Translations under genes and position numbers: made by a program
Assembly (NCBI RefSeq): GCF_047832375.1
Contig: NZ_CP181256.1
Location: 2,235,750-2,299,749 of the forward strand
DNA: 64,000 nucleotides
Direction: 5' to 3'
Source: Dialister sp.
Lineage (GTDB): Bacteria; Bacillota; Negativicutes; Veillonellales; Dialisteraceae
The notes under the pieces: generated by a model
Database searches by the model: none
The model's input: only the letters and a program-made list of their open reading frames with translations
Told to the model about the DNA's origin: nothing
Part shown: positions 46,271 through 54,250 of the stretch, in pieces
Layout of the letters: every line of letters begins with the position of its first letter
Position numbering within the stretch: the first letter of the stretch is position 1

Positions 46271-46666
46271 TTACTTCTGGTCTTTAACCACTTCATCATC
46301 CCTGGCCCAGGCTTCCCCATGGCCCTTGGAGAAGAATGGAATGGCCAGATAGCCGATGACTACAGCCAGTACAGCGCCTCCGAGAGCGACGATGCCGCCG
46401 GAAAGAGCAGCTGCCACGTTCTGGATGGAACTCATGGCTACAACGATGGGAATGTACATGGCACTCCAGAATTTGATGCCCTGTTCTTCCGGGGCTTTCA
46501 TATATCCCTTCTGGATGGCCCAGGTGGAAGCCAGGATCAGGAACAGCATGGCGAAACCTACGCCGCCGATGTTTGCATTAATTCCCAAAAGGGCCCCCAG
46601 TACATCGCCCACGAAGTTTCCGGCCAGATAGCAGCAGGCAAGCAGTGCAACACCATAAACAACCAT
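46271..46666 (-). CDS. madL: malonate transporter subunit MadL
   Basis: 131-aa 4-TM protein from MVVYGVALLACCYLAGNFVGDVLG behind a GGAAGGG RBS (track start 46747). Sits 15 nt upstream of madM. Confidence 0.7.
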   Translation of the reverse strand: MVVYGVALLACCYLAGNFVGDVLGALLGINANIGGVGFAMLFLILASTWAIQKGYMKAPEEQGIKFWSAMYIPIVVAMSSIQNVAAALSGGIVALGGAVLAVVIGYLAIPFFSKGHGEAWARDDEVVKDQK

Positions 46667-47034
46667 AATAACACCCTTCCTTTCCTTCGAAAAACGGCTC
46701 CTTCTTTCCCTGATTGCCCTCCGGGAAAGGTCTTGTCCGCTTTTCAAAAATTTGGACCTGACAGGCTTCCTATTTGTTATAATAAAATCAAATAGGCCTT
46801 ATCAAAAATCCTTTTGTTTTCTTCGGCTTTAGTATACCCGCTTTTCTTTAAAGATTAAAATAAAATTAGCCAAGATGCGGAAAACAGGGGGTAAGATGCG
46901 ATAGAAATGCATGAATTCCCCAATTCATAATTTTAGGCGGAAATTCATAGAAATTATTGATAATTTCTATGATATATCATAATTTATATATTATGTATTG
47001 TGACTGATCGGATTTTTCTGTAATTTCAGAAAGG

Positions 47035-48795
47035 ATGATTTCTATGAATGCCTCCTGGGTCGTAGGTGTCCAGCATGTCTGGTTCGGCATTTCCATCTTC
47101 CTGCTGCTGCTCCTCCTCATCTGCCGGACCACATTTTTCAGGGAAGCCATTTCCGCCAAGCACTTCAGCCGGAAGCACACCATCCTCTTTATCATCCTCT
47201 TCTCCATCATGTCCATCTGCGGCACCTACTGGAACGTCAGTGCCGGCGGCGGCATCATCAATTTCCGGGCCGTCGGCATCATTCTGGGGGGCTTCGTGGG
47301 CGGCCCCATCGTAGGGACCGTGACCGGCCTCATCACCGGCTTCCACCGGGCCTTCTTCATCCACACCGATGCCGCCTTTATTCACGGAGGCCTTTCTATT
47401 CTCCAGGGCATTGCGGCCGGATTTCTTTCCAAGCGGCTGAAGAGCCACCACCAGCAGCTCTGGCTTTGGGCTTTCATCGATGCCCTGGTATTGGAGCTCC
47501 TGTTCTGGATGTTTTTCGCCTTTCTCACATTCCCCCAGTCCCTGGAACACCCCTATGGCTTTTTCAGTCTCTCCCTGCCGATTATTGTAACCAATACCAT
47601 TGCAGTAAGCCTGTTCTACATGGTCATTGAATTCTTCATTCACCAGCGGGATTCTGAAAAGACACAGACCACCCGGACCACCTTCGACGCGGTGGCCGGC
47701 CTCTTTGCCACCCTCCATGACGGATTCAACAACACGAACATTTCCAGCATTGCGGAGCTCGTGACTTCCTCCCTGCCCAACCTCACATGGACTGCTATTT
47801 CCTACAAGGACCAGCTCTATATCCATACCAATTACCAAAATGAGGCAGATAAAAACCAGGGGGACGCGGAAATTGCCATACTGAAACTGCAGAAAAAGCT
47901 GCCCGACATGCCCCACCTCATGACCCTGCCTGTGACATACCGCCATGAACCGGTGGGCTACATCATCGCCGCCAAGAGCAAAGGGGATACATTCACGAAG
48001 ATGGGCATCGAATTTCTCCACGGCATCTGCCATGTCATGGAAGCCATCTATGAATACGACAAAATGAAGGAAGAGGAAAACCTGCTGGCGGAAGCGGAAA
48101 TCCGGGCTCTCCAGGCCCAGATCAACCCCCATTTTCTCTATAATACCCTGAATACCATCAGCTACTATGTGCGGAGCGACCCCGATACGGCCAGGAAGCT
48201 CATCCAGTACCTGTCCGACTATTTCCGGCACAGCCTGAATAACCCCTCCAAACTGATTCCCCTGTCCGAGGAACTACACGTCATTGAAAGTTATACGGAA
48301 CTGGAGCGGGCCCGTTTTGGGGACCGCCTGAAAATCACCTACGATTTTCCGAAGGATAAGCTGGACACCATCCAGGTACCGCCGCTGCTGCTGCAGCCTC
48401 TTGTGGAAAATGCGGTAATTCACGGCATCTTCAAGCGGCCGGAAGGCGGGAAAATCAAAGTAGGCCTCATTGAGCATCCCAAATATTATAAAATCTACGT
48501 CCTCGATACAGGGGTCGGCATGTCGCCCAGAAAGAGGAAAAAGCTCCTCATCGACCACAAGCGGCGAGACCAGATCGGCCTTATCAATGTGCACCAGCGG
48601 CTTCTCTCCCTCTTTGGGAAATCCTGCGGTCTCCATATCGTAAGCAAAGAAAACAAAGGCACCCTGGTTTTCGCCAATATTCCCAAGATTGAGGTGCCAA
48701 AGAAACGGGCAGCAGATAAAAGGGAGGAGCCCCTCCAGAAGCCCATCGTCCTCCATCCCTTAGTAAAGGAAGAGTCCGGTACTGCTAACGGATAG
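47035..48795 (+). CDS. LytS/YehU-type sensor histidine kinase (5TM-Lyt, GAF, His_kinase, HATPase_c)
   Basis: 586 aa. N-terminal multi-TM region with GGFVGGPIVGTVTGLITG. AEIRALQAQINPHFLYNTLNTI H-box. LLLQPLVENAVIHG and VLDTGVGM ATPase motifs. Confidence 0.9.
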   Translation: MISMNASWVVGVQHVWFGISIFLLLLLLICRTTFFREAISAKHFSRKHTILFIILFSIMSICGTYWNVSAGGGIINFRAVGIILGGFVGGPIVGTVTGLITGFHRAFFIHTDAAFIHGGLSILQGIAAGFLSKRLKSHHQQLWLWAFIDALVLELLFWMFFAFLTFPQSLEHPYGFFSLSLPIIVTNTIAVSLFYMVIEFFIHQRDSEKTQTTRTTFDAVAGLFATLHDGFNNTNISSIAELVTSSLPNLTWTAISYKDQLYIHTNYQNEADKNQGDAEIAILKLQKKLPDMPHLMTLPVTYRHEPVGYIIAAKSKGDTFTKMGIEFLHGICHVMEAIYEYDKMKEEENLLAEAEIRALQAQINPHFLYNTLNTISYYVRSDPDTARKLIQYLSDYFRHSLNNPSKLIPLSEELHVIESYTELERARFGDRLKITYDFPKDKLDTIQVPPLLLQPLVENAVIHGIFKRPEGGKIKVGLIEHPKYYKIYVLDTGVGMSPRKRKKLLIDHKRRDQIGLINVHQRLLSLFGKSCGLHIVSKENKGTLVFANIPKIEVPKKRAADKREEPLQKPIVLHPLVKEESGTANG

Positions 48796-48836
48796 AGACA
48801 TTCATGCGGTGACTCTGCCCATAAGCATGCTAACCC
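48790..48836. repeat. Family A mini-remnant A16 (left box fused to right box) between the kinase and regulator genes
   Basis: GGATAGAGACATTCATGCGG-TGACTCTGCCCATAAGCATGCTAAC: only the box modules remain. Confidence 0.6.
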
Positions 48837-48882
48837 CTTAGACACAAAATCCTGTAAATACATTTTATAAGAAAGGAACACC

Positions 48883-49635
48883 ATGGAAGAAATCAATGCA
48901 CTGGTAGCGGATGATGAACTCCCGGCCCGGGGAGAACTGAAGTATGAACTGGCCTCCATTCCCGGCGTCAGAATCGCAGGGGAATGTGCCAATGGAAAAG
49001 AGGTCCTGGCATTCCTCAAAGTTCACCCCAATGTGGACATCCTTTTCCTCGACATCGAAATGCCCATGATGAACGGACTGGAATGCGCCGAGAAAATCCT
49101 GGCCATGGACCTGCCCCTGAAAATCGTGTTTGCCACAGGATACAGCCAGTTTGCCCTTCAGGCCTTCGAACTGGAAGCTTTCGACTACATCCTGAAACCC
49201 TATTCGGAGCAGCGGATCCGCCGTATCATAGAGCGTCTGGAAGACAGCCTCACTCTCCGCCGCCAGCATATGGTGCCGGGAGAAGTAACCGCCAACTCCC
49301 AGAAAATCGCTATCCAGACAAGGGATAAGACTCTCATGATTTCTCCGGCCCAGGAAATCGTACTCATTTCTACAGAAAAATCAGACCGTTCCCTCTTCTA
49401 TACCACCAATGGCATCGTGGAATCCCGGATGACCCTCCGGGACATCGAAAGCCTCCTCACGCCTCTGGGATTTTTCCGTACCCATAAGGGATTTATCGTA
49501 AATCTCTCCATGATTCATGAAATCGAGCCCCAGGACAACGGTACCCTCCTTCTCACCATGACCCGCTACGAAAAGCAGAAGATTCCGGTGTCCCGGCACT
49601 ATATCAAGGCGTTTAAAGACATACTGCACATATAG
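48883..49635 (+). CDS. LytR/AlgR family response regulator (REC + LytTR DNA-binding domain)
   Basis: 250 aa. DDELPAR...ILFLDIEMP receiver; C-terminal LytTR segment FFRTHKGFIVNLSMIHEIEP. Confidence 0.9.
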   Translation: MEEINALVADDELPARGELKYELASIPGVRIAGECANGKEVLAFLKVHPNVDILFLDIEMPMMNGLECAEKILAMDLPLKIVFATGYSQFALQAFELEAFDYILKPYSEQRIRRIIERLEDSLTLRRQHMVPGEVTANSQKIAIQTRDKTLMISPAQEIVLISTEKSDRSLFYTTNGIVESRMTLRDIESLLTPLGFFRTHKGFIVNLSMIHEIEPQDNGTLLLTMTRYEKQKIPVSRHYIKAFKDILHI

Positions 49636-49899
49636 CCAATTGCGGTTTGACGAGCTGTTGGAGGGTTGGCGGTTGGCATGCTTGCGGATAGAGTCACTCG
49701 CATGGAGCTCTTAGCTTCTAGCGGCTAGCTGTTAGAAAGGCTGATCCGCCTGCGGCGCTTCCACCCGGTATTTTCGTCGGTCATTCGTGCCGTAGGCTGG
49801 CCAGCTTTCCTGAAAGCTAGCAGCTAACAGCTAGAAGCTCCGCACGAATGACTCTATCCATCAGCGTCGCCCCAACAGCTCGACAAACTGAAATATTCC
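49635..49899. repeat. Family A repeat copy A17 (full, centre reversed)
   Basis: GCCAATTGCGGTTTGACGAGCTG begins at the last base of the response regulator stop codon (49635); right end CAGCTCGACAAACTGAAATATTCC. Confidence 0.9.
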
Positions 49900-49904
49900 C
49901 ACGC

Positions 49905-49948
49905 AAAAGGACCGGGAAAATGAATTCTCATTTTCCCGGTCCCCTTTA
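49905..49948 (-). terminator. intrinsic terminator after the YkvI-like gene
   Basis: AAAGGACCGGGAAAATGA-attc-TCATTTTCCCGGTCCCCTTT, abutting the stop at 49954. Confidence 0.85.
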
Positions 49949-49953
49949 TATGC

Positions 49954-51132
49954 TCAGGCGCGGACCGCTTCGGTCTGCTCCTCTTCTTCCGTTGTATTCA
50001 CAGATTCTTCCTTTTTGAAGATCTTGTACACACCCACCGTCAGGAGAGGCAGGAGGAAGAGTGCCATAAAAGCATAGGCCAGTGCCATGTAACCCTTGGC
50101 GATGAGATCGATGATTCCCACCTGGGCCAGGGCGATGGACGCAGCCATGATGACCACCGTGGTCAGTCCCTTGTTCCTGCGGGACAGGGCAGGCCGTCCT
50201 TTTTCAGCAAGTCCCTTGTCTACCCGAGCCAGGAGGGCATGAATCATACCGGTAGCCGTTTCGATAAGGGTCCATCCCATGATGAAGCTGAAAGCCACCA
50301 TGAGCCAGGAAGGAGCGCCGCTTTCCTGCATCATCACCATCCAGGGCACCTGGGCACCCAGCACTTCTTTAGACGGATAAAATCCCATGACAGAGAAATA
50401 GGTGAGGAACCAGGGAATGGTTGCCAGAAGGCCGGCCACGATGCCGCTTACCACAGATTCTTTCCGTTTCGTCTGTTTCTTCACAGTAAAGAAAGATGCC
50501 GGGAATACGACGAGATTGCAGGCCATGTAGAGAAGGCCGGTCCACAGGGCGTGTCCCATGGTGGCATCCGGTACATAGGAATGGTCAGAAGAAGCCATGA
50601 CTGCGGCAATGTTTCCGGTATGTCCGGAAATGACGAGGACCGAGAATGTAAGGTAACCCACATAGAGGGCCACGGTGCCGAAGGTCTCAAAGAAGGAAAT
50701 CACCTTTTCCCCGTAGAAATTGAGGAGCCCTGCCACCACCATGATACCTACCACGCCAAACCAGTGGGAAACGCCGAACATCTGCTGCACCACAGCACCG
50801 GTGGCGGAAGACATGACCGCCAGGATGATGACCATGAATACCGCATAAACCAGGTCGAAGACCCGGTAAAGGGGGCCTGCAATGGCTTCAATAAAAGACT
50901 TGTAATCGTATACATGGTACAGGCGGATCAGCTCATAGCAGAGAACCGCCACCAATGCAAATCCCAGCATAATGCCCAGACCCGCATACCAGCCATAGGC
51001 GCCGAATTTCGCACCGTACTCCACGATTTCCCGGCCCGTGGCATAACCACCGCCAATCATGACGGACTGCAGCACAATACCTGGAAGAAGATATTTCCCC
51101 AGGTTCCCATCAAACATCGAAGATACTTTCAT
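49954..51132 (-). CDS. YkvI-family membrane transporter-like protein
   Basis: 392 aa, ~11-12 TM. QSVMIGGGYATGREIVEYGAKFG resembles the YkvI N-terminal motif. Preceded by a T-box leader. Confidence 0.65.
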   Translation of the reverse strand: MKVSSMFDGNLGKYLLPGIVLQSVMIGGGYATGREIVEYGAKFGAYGWYAGLGIMLGFALVAVLCYELIRLYHVYDYKSFIEAIAGPLYRVFDLVYAVFMVIILAVMSSATGAVVQQMFGVSHWFGVVGIMVVAGLLNFYGEKVISFFETFGTVALYVGYLTFSVLVISGHTGNIAAVMASSDHSYVPDATMGHALWTGLLYMACNLVVFPASFFTVKKQTKRKESVVSGIVAGLLATIPWFLTYFSVMGFYPSKEVLGAQVPWMVMMQESGAPSWLMVAFSFIMGWTLIETATGMIHALLARVDKGLAEKGRPALSRRNKGLTTVVIMAASIALAQVGIIDLIAKGYMALAYAFMALFLLPLLTVGVYKIFKKEESVNTTEEEEQTEAVRA

Positions 51133-51480
51133 AATAACCCTCCTTCAATATTCGGCAGGGCAATCAAAAAGCCCCTGCCACAATAGACAGAGGCGGATGT
51201 TCCGCGGTACCACTCTGATTTATCACTCAGACACAAAGCATAAAGACGATGGAAAAAGAAAAACCCCTGTCCGAATGATCGGACAGGGGCGAAATCGCGG
51301 TACCACCCTGCATTATACTCATATGTCATAGTCCTGTAACGGGCACTCCCGCTTTCCTTACTGCTGCTTCAGGAAAGATGCTCCCAAGTGATTGTCCATG
51401 ACCCGTGTGTACCGGCTTTCACCATACGCCGGCTCTCTGGGACATCGTCAGCCATGTCCATCTTGCTCATCGCTCTTTAT
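51133..51480 (-). promoter_or_regulatory. T-box leader with a second, downstream T-box-like box
   Basis: On the minus strand: AGAGAG...GGTGAAAGCCGG stem I elements. GCAGGGTGGTACCGCG (51311-51296) with terminator CCCCTGTCCGA-tcat-TCGGACAGGGGTTTTT. About 95 nt later a second AGAGTGGTACCGCGG (51217-51203) precedes hairpin GGCAGGGGC...GCCCTGCC just upstream of the RBS. Confidence 0.75.
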
Positions 51481-51485
51481 GGGCT

Positions 51486-51513
51486 ATTATAGCACCATGA
51501 GACCCATTGTCAA
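51486..51513 (-). promoter_or_regulatory. near-consensus promoter for the YkvI T-box leader
   Basis: On the minus strand: TTGACA (51513-51508), 16-nt spacer, TGcTATAAT (51494-51486). Confidence 0.6.
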
Positions 51514-51519
51514 GGAAAA

Positions 51520-51573
51520 ACTGATTTTCGGTGCCGAGGAACAGAGTCACCGGCATGGGGCTGCCAGCTCCTA
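51520..51573. repeat. Family A repeat copy A18, left fragment (interrupted by IS630 copy 2)
   Basis: ...GGAACAGAGTCACCGGCATGGGGCTGCCAGCTCCTA, then the IS end. The outer terminus is degenerate. Confidence 0.7.
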
Positions 51574-52748
51574 GTGTCTAATTTCATAAATAATAGATTG
51601 TATTGCCGGACACAGCAAATAATGGTATACTTATTCCAGATAAATGCAAATTGCAGGGGGGGATAACGTTATGCCAAAAGTTGCTAAGCAAATACGCTGC
51701 TCCGAAAGCAAACGCATAGAACTGCATAAAATCGTAAACTCTCAAAAAACAGAGCATCGCATTGTAAGACGTGCAAAAATGGTTCTTCTATGTCTTGATG
51801 GAATGCAAATCAAGGATATCGCGGCTAAGTTGGGGGAACGCCCCAATACCGTTAGTCTTTGGCGGAATCGTTTCGCTGAACAGGGCATCCCTGGGCTACA
51901 GGATAAGAAAAGGCGGGGCCGTACTGCTCAATATGGACCGGAATTCCGCGAAATGGTGTTAAATAAGCTGAAGGAAGCGCCTCCAGACGGGTTAGCACAC
52001 TGGGATGGTCCTACACTGGCAAGAGTTCTGAATGTCTCAAAGGCTGCCATTTGGCGACTTATGAGAAAGGAAGGAATACAGCTGGCAAGGCAGCGTTCCT
52101 GGTGTGTCAGTACTGATCCGGAGTTTACTAAAAAGTCTGCTGATATCGTGGGGCTTTACTTGGACCCGCCAGAGAATGCTGTCGTAATCAGCGTTGATGA
52201 GAAACCATCGATACAGGCCTTAAGTAGAGCCCAAGGATATGTACTTACTCATAACAAGAAAATTGTGCGCGGGTTGAAAAGCACATACCGGAGGAATGGA
52301 ACAATAAATTTATTCGGTGCACTGGAGGTAGCTACCGGACAAATTTATGGAAAGGCAACAAAGAGAAAAACCAGAGAGGACTTTGAAGAATTTTTAAATG
52401 ACTTATTGAAAAGTGAGCCGGGTGGAGACAAAGTGCAATATCATGTTATTGTCGATAATTACTGCACGCACAAGCGCTTAAACGACTGGCTGGAAAAGCA
52501 TCCTAATGTCCATTTTCATTACACACCAACGTCAGCGAGCTGGCTGAATGAAGTGGAAATATGGTTTAACATTATGTCGCGAAAAGTGCTCCGAGGGGCA
52601 AGTTTTGACTCTGTTTCGGATCTCGTGTCAGCGATTAAAAAGTTTATTGCTGCCTACAATGAGCATGCAGAACCGTTCCGCTGGAAAAAACGTGAGGTCA
52701 AGGGTTCGCAACTTAGGGATACAATCGGAAACTTACGAAATTAGACAC
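51574..52748 (+). mobile_element. IS630-family insertion sequence, copy 2 (1175 bp)
   Basis: Same GTGTCTAATTTC / GAAATTAGACAC ends as copy 1. Flanked as C-TA-[IS]-TA-G inside the first CTAG heptad of repeat A18. Confidence 0.9.
51671..52744 (+). CDS. IS630 family DDE transposase (copy 2)
   Basis: Differs from the copy 1 protein at 5 positions in the track translations (E/K, N/D, T/A, D/N, I/V). Confidence 0.9.
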   Translation: MPKVAKQIRCSESKRIELHKIVNSQKTEHRIVRRAKMVLLCLDGMQIKDIAAKLGERPNTVSLWRNRFAEQGIPGLQDKKRRGRTAQYGPEFREMVLNKLKEAPPDGLAHWDGPTLARVLNVSKAAIWRLMRKEGIQLARQRSWCVSTDPEFTKKSADIVGLYLDPPENAVVISVDEKPSIQALSRAQGYVLTHNKKIVRGLKSTYRRNGTINLFGALEVATGQIYGKATKRKTREDFEEFLNDLLKSEPGGDKVQYHVIVDNYCTHKRLNDWLEKHPNVHFHYTPTSASWLNEVEIWFNIMSRKVLRGASFDSVSDLVSAIKKFIAAYNEHAEPFRWKKREVKGSQLRDTIGNLRN

Positions 52749-52916
52749 TAGCTGTTAGCTGTTAGCTTTCAGGAAAGCTGGCCAACCTACGGCATGAATT
52801 CTATTCTGGAACATGGGACGGAAAGCGCCGCAGGCGGATCAGTTTTCCTGGCAGCTAGAAGCTAAAAGCCAGCAGCCCCGTGCTAATGACTCTATCCATA
52901 AACACCCCAGACCGCC
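52749..52916. repeat. Family A repeat copy A18, right fragment
   Basis: TAGCTGTTAGCTGTTAGCTTTCAGGAAAGCTGG..., a diverged centre ...GCGCCGCAGGCGG..., right heptads, then TAATGACTCTATCCATAAAC. Confidence 0.8.
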
Positions 52917-52963
52917 TTCTGTTATAATACATATAAAACTCTGTATTCCAAGGATGTGATTTC

Positions 52964-54097
52964 TTGCAATCCCAAAGCAGCATAAAGGCCTCATCCACCA
53001 TCCGTCCCCATTGGGTGCTTATGATGGTTACCTTTCTGTACATACTCATTAATATTACCCACCCGGAACTGAAGGGAGAAGCCATTGCCTGCTCCATGGG
53101 CCTCTTCATCTTTTACACCTGGCGCCGAATCCTGCTGATTCTCATCACCGCCGCCATAGCCTTTGCCCTGGTGTTCTTCTTCCCTTTCCTGGCGCCTGTG
53201 GCCTTTATTCTCATGGTTATCATCTTCATAGCCCGGCTCAGCTATATCCTGAAAAACTGGCGGGCCGTGCTGGCAGGATTCTACATGTATGCCCTGGCCT
53301 TCGGGTTTGCTTTCTATGGTTCTGTATTTGGAGGATTGATCTGGGGCTTTTCTTTCTATCATTACCGGTTGAATGGTATAGAGCCCTTTTTGGGGTACCA
53401 GGGCCTGGAATATACCCTGGCCGCGGTGGCAGCCCTCTTTTTCACGGTCATTTTCCATTTTATCATGCGCTGGCTCTATCGCCACCATTATACCCTGCAG
53501 CAGGCCCTGCCCATTATGGGAGTGGCGCCGCTTCTTATCCTCCTTCTCTTCCTCCCCTTCATCAAAGCCTTCGACAGCTTTGAAACGGGAGTGGATACAG
53601 TGGATGCCGGCGGCCATTCCTTCGATGGCATAGATGGAAGCGGGCATACCGTGGATACAGTGGATTTCGGCCATACCAATATGGACGATTTCAGCCATCC
53701 CGACATCATCCATCATGACTCCATAGATGCCGGCAGCCACGATGTCTCCGACGCTCCCGGCGTCCACCACACCCATGATTACTTCCGTACCGGTCCCGAT
53801 GGGGAAGTGCAGCATGTCCACGGCTATGAAGCCACGAATCCCGATGGCATTCCGGAAAATAACTATTCCTACCACGGGGATTCCTATGCAGACAGCACCG
53901 ATGGCTCCATCCCCTCTGATGCCATAGATGCAGCTCCCATCCATGGCACTGAAGGTCCTCTTGCAGAATCCCCGGCAGATACAGCCCTTCTGGCAGGCAC
54001 AGAAGGGGCCATGGAGAAGGAACGCAAAGAGCAGAAAGAAAAAGAATTGTCCCTGGACGATGCCATCCGGCATAACAGGAATGACAGTCAGGGATAG
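52964..54097 (+). CDS. hypothetical polytopic membrane protein with His/Asp/Gly-rich C-terminal tail
   Basis: 377 aa. About 6 hydrophobic helices, then GVDTVDAGGHSFDGIDGSGHTVDTVDFGHTNMDDFSHPDIIHHDSIDAGSHDVSDAPGVHHTHDYF... and a K/E-rich end. Start (TTG 52964 or ATG 53021) is uncertain. Confidence 0.6.
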   Translation: MQSQSSIKASSTIRPHWVLMMVTFLYILINITHPELKGEAIACSMGLFIFYTWRRILLILITAAIAFALVFFFPFLAPVAFILMVIIFIARLSYILKNWRAVLAGFYMYALAFGFAFYGSVFGGLIWGFSFYHYRLNGIEPFLGYQGLEYTLAAVAALFFTVIFHFIMRWLYRHHYTLQQALPIMGVAPLLILLLFLPFIKAFDSFETGVDTVDAGGHSFDGIDGSGHTVDTVDFGHTNMDDFSHPDIIHHDSIDAGSHDVSDAPGVHHTHDYFRTGPDGEVQHVHGYEATNPDGIPENNYSYHGDSYADSTDGSIPSDAIDAAPIHGTEGPLAESPADTALLAGTEGAMEKERKEQKEKELSLDDAIRHNRNDSQG

Positions 54098-54146
54098 TAT
54101 GAAGAGCCTCTCTCCATGCTTGTTGTGACCCCCCCGGCGAATGTAT

Positions 54147-54217
54147 GCTGATGGGTAGAGCCACTGGCACGGAGCTGCGAGCTGGCAGCCCCCGCACATG
54201 TGACTCTGTCCATCAGC
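54147..54217. repeat. Family A mini-variant A19 (box palindrome only, ~70 bp)
   Basis: GCTGATGGGTAGAGCCACTGGCACGGAGCTGCGAGCTGGCAGCCCCCGCACATGTGACTCTGTCCATCAGC: left and right boxes with no termini, one degenerate heptad region and no centre. Confidence 0.75.
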
Positions 54218-54250
54218 ATAAAAACCGTCTTCCCCAATAGTCATGCAATC

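Noticed and set aside
1055-54217. Family A repeats as a CRISPR array or as integron attC / superintegron-type cassette boundaries
   Set aside because: The units are ~260 bp, internally palindromic and dispersed between housekeeping genes in both orientations. They lack short direct repeats with unique spacers, cas genes, intI and the GTTRRRY core sites. The spacers are ordinary operons.
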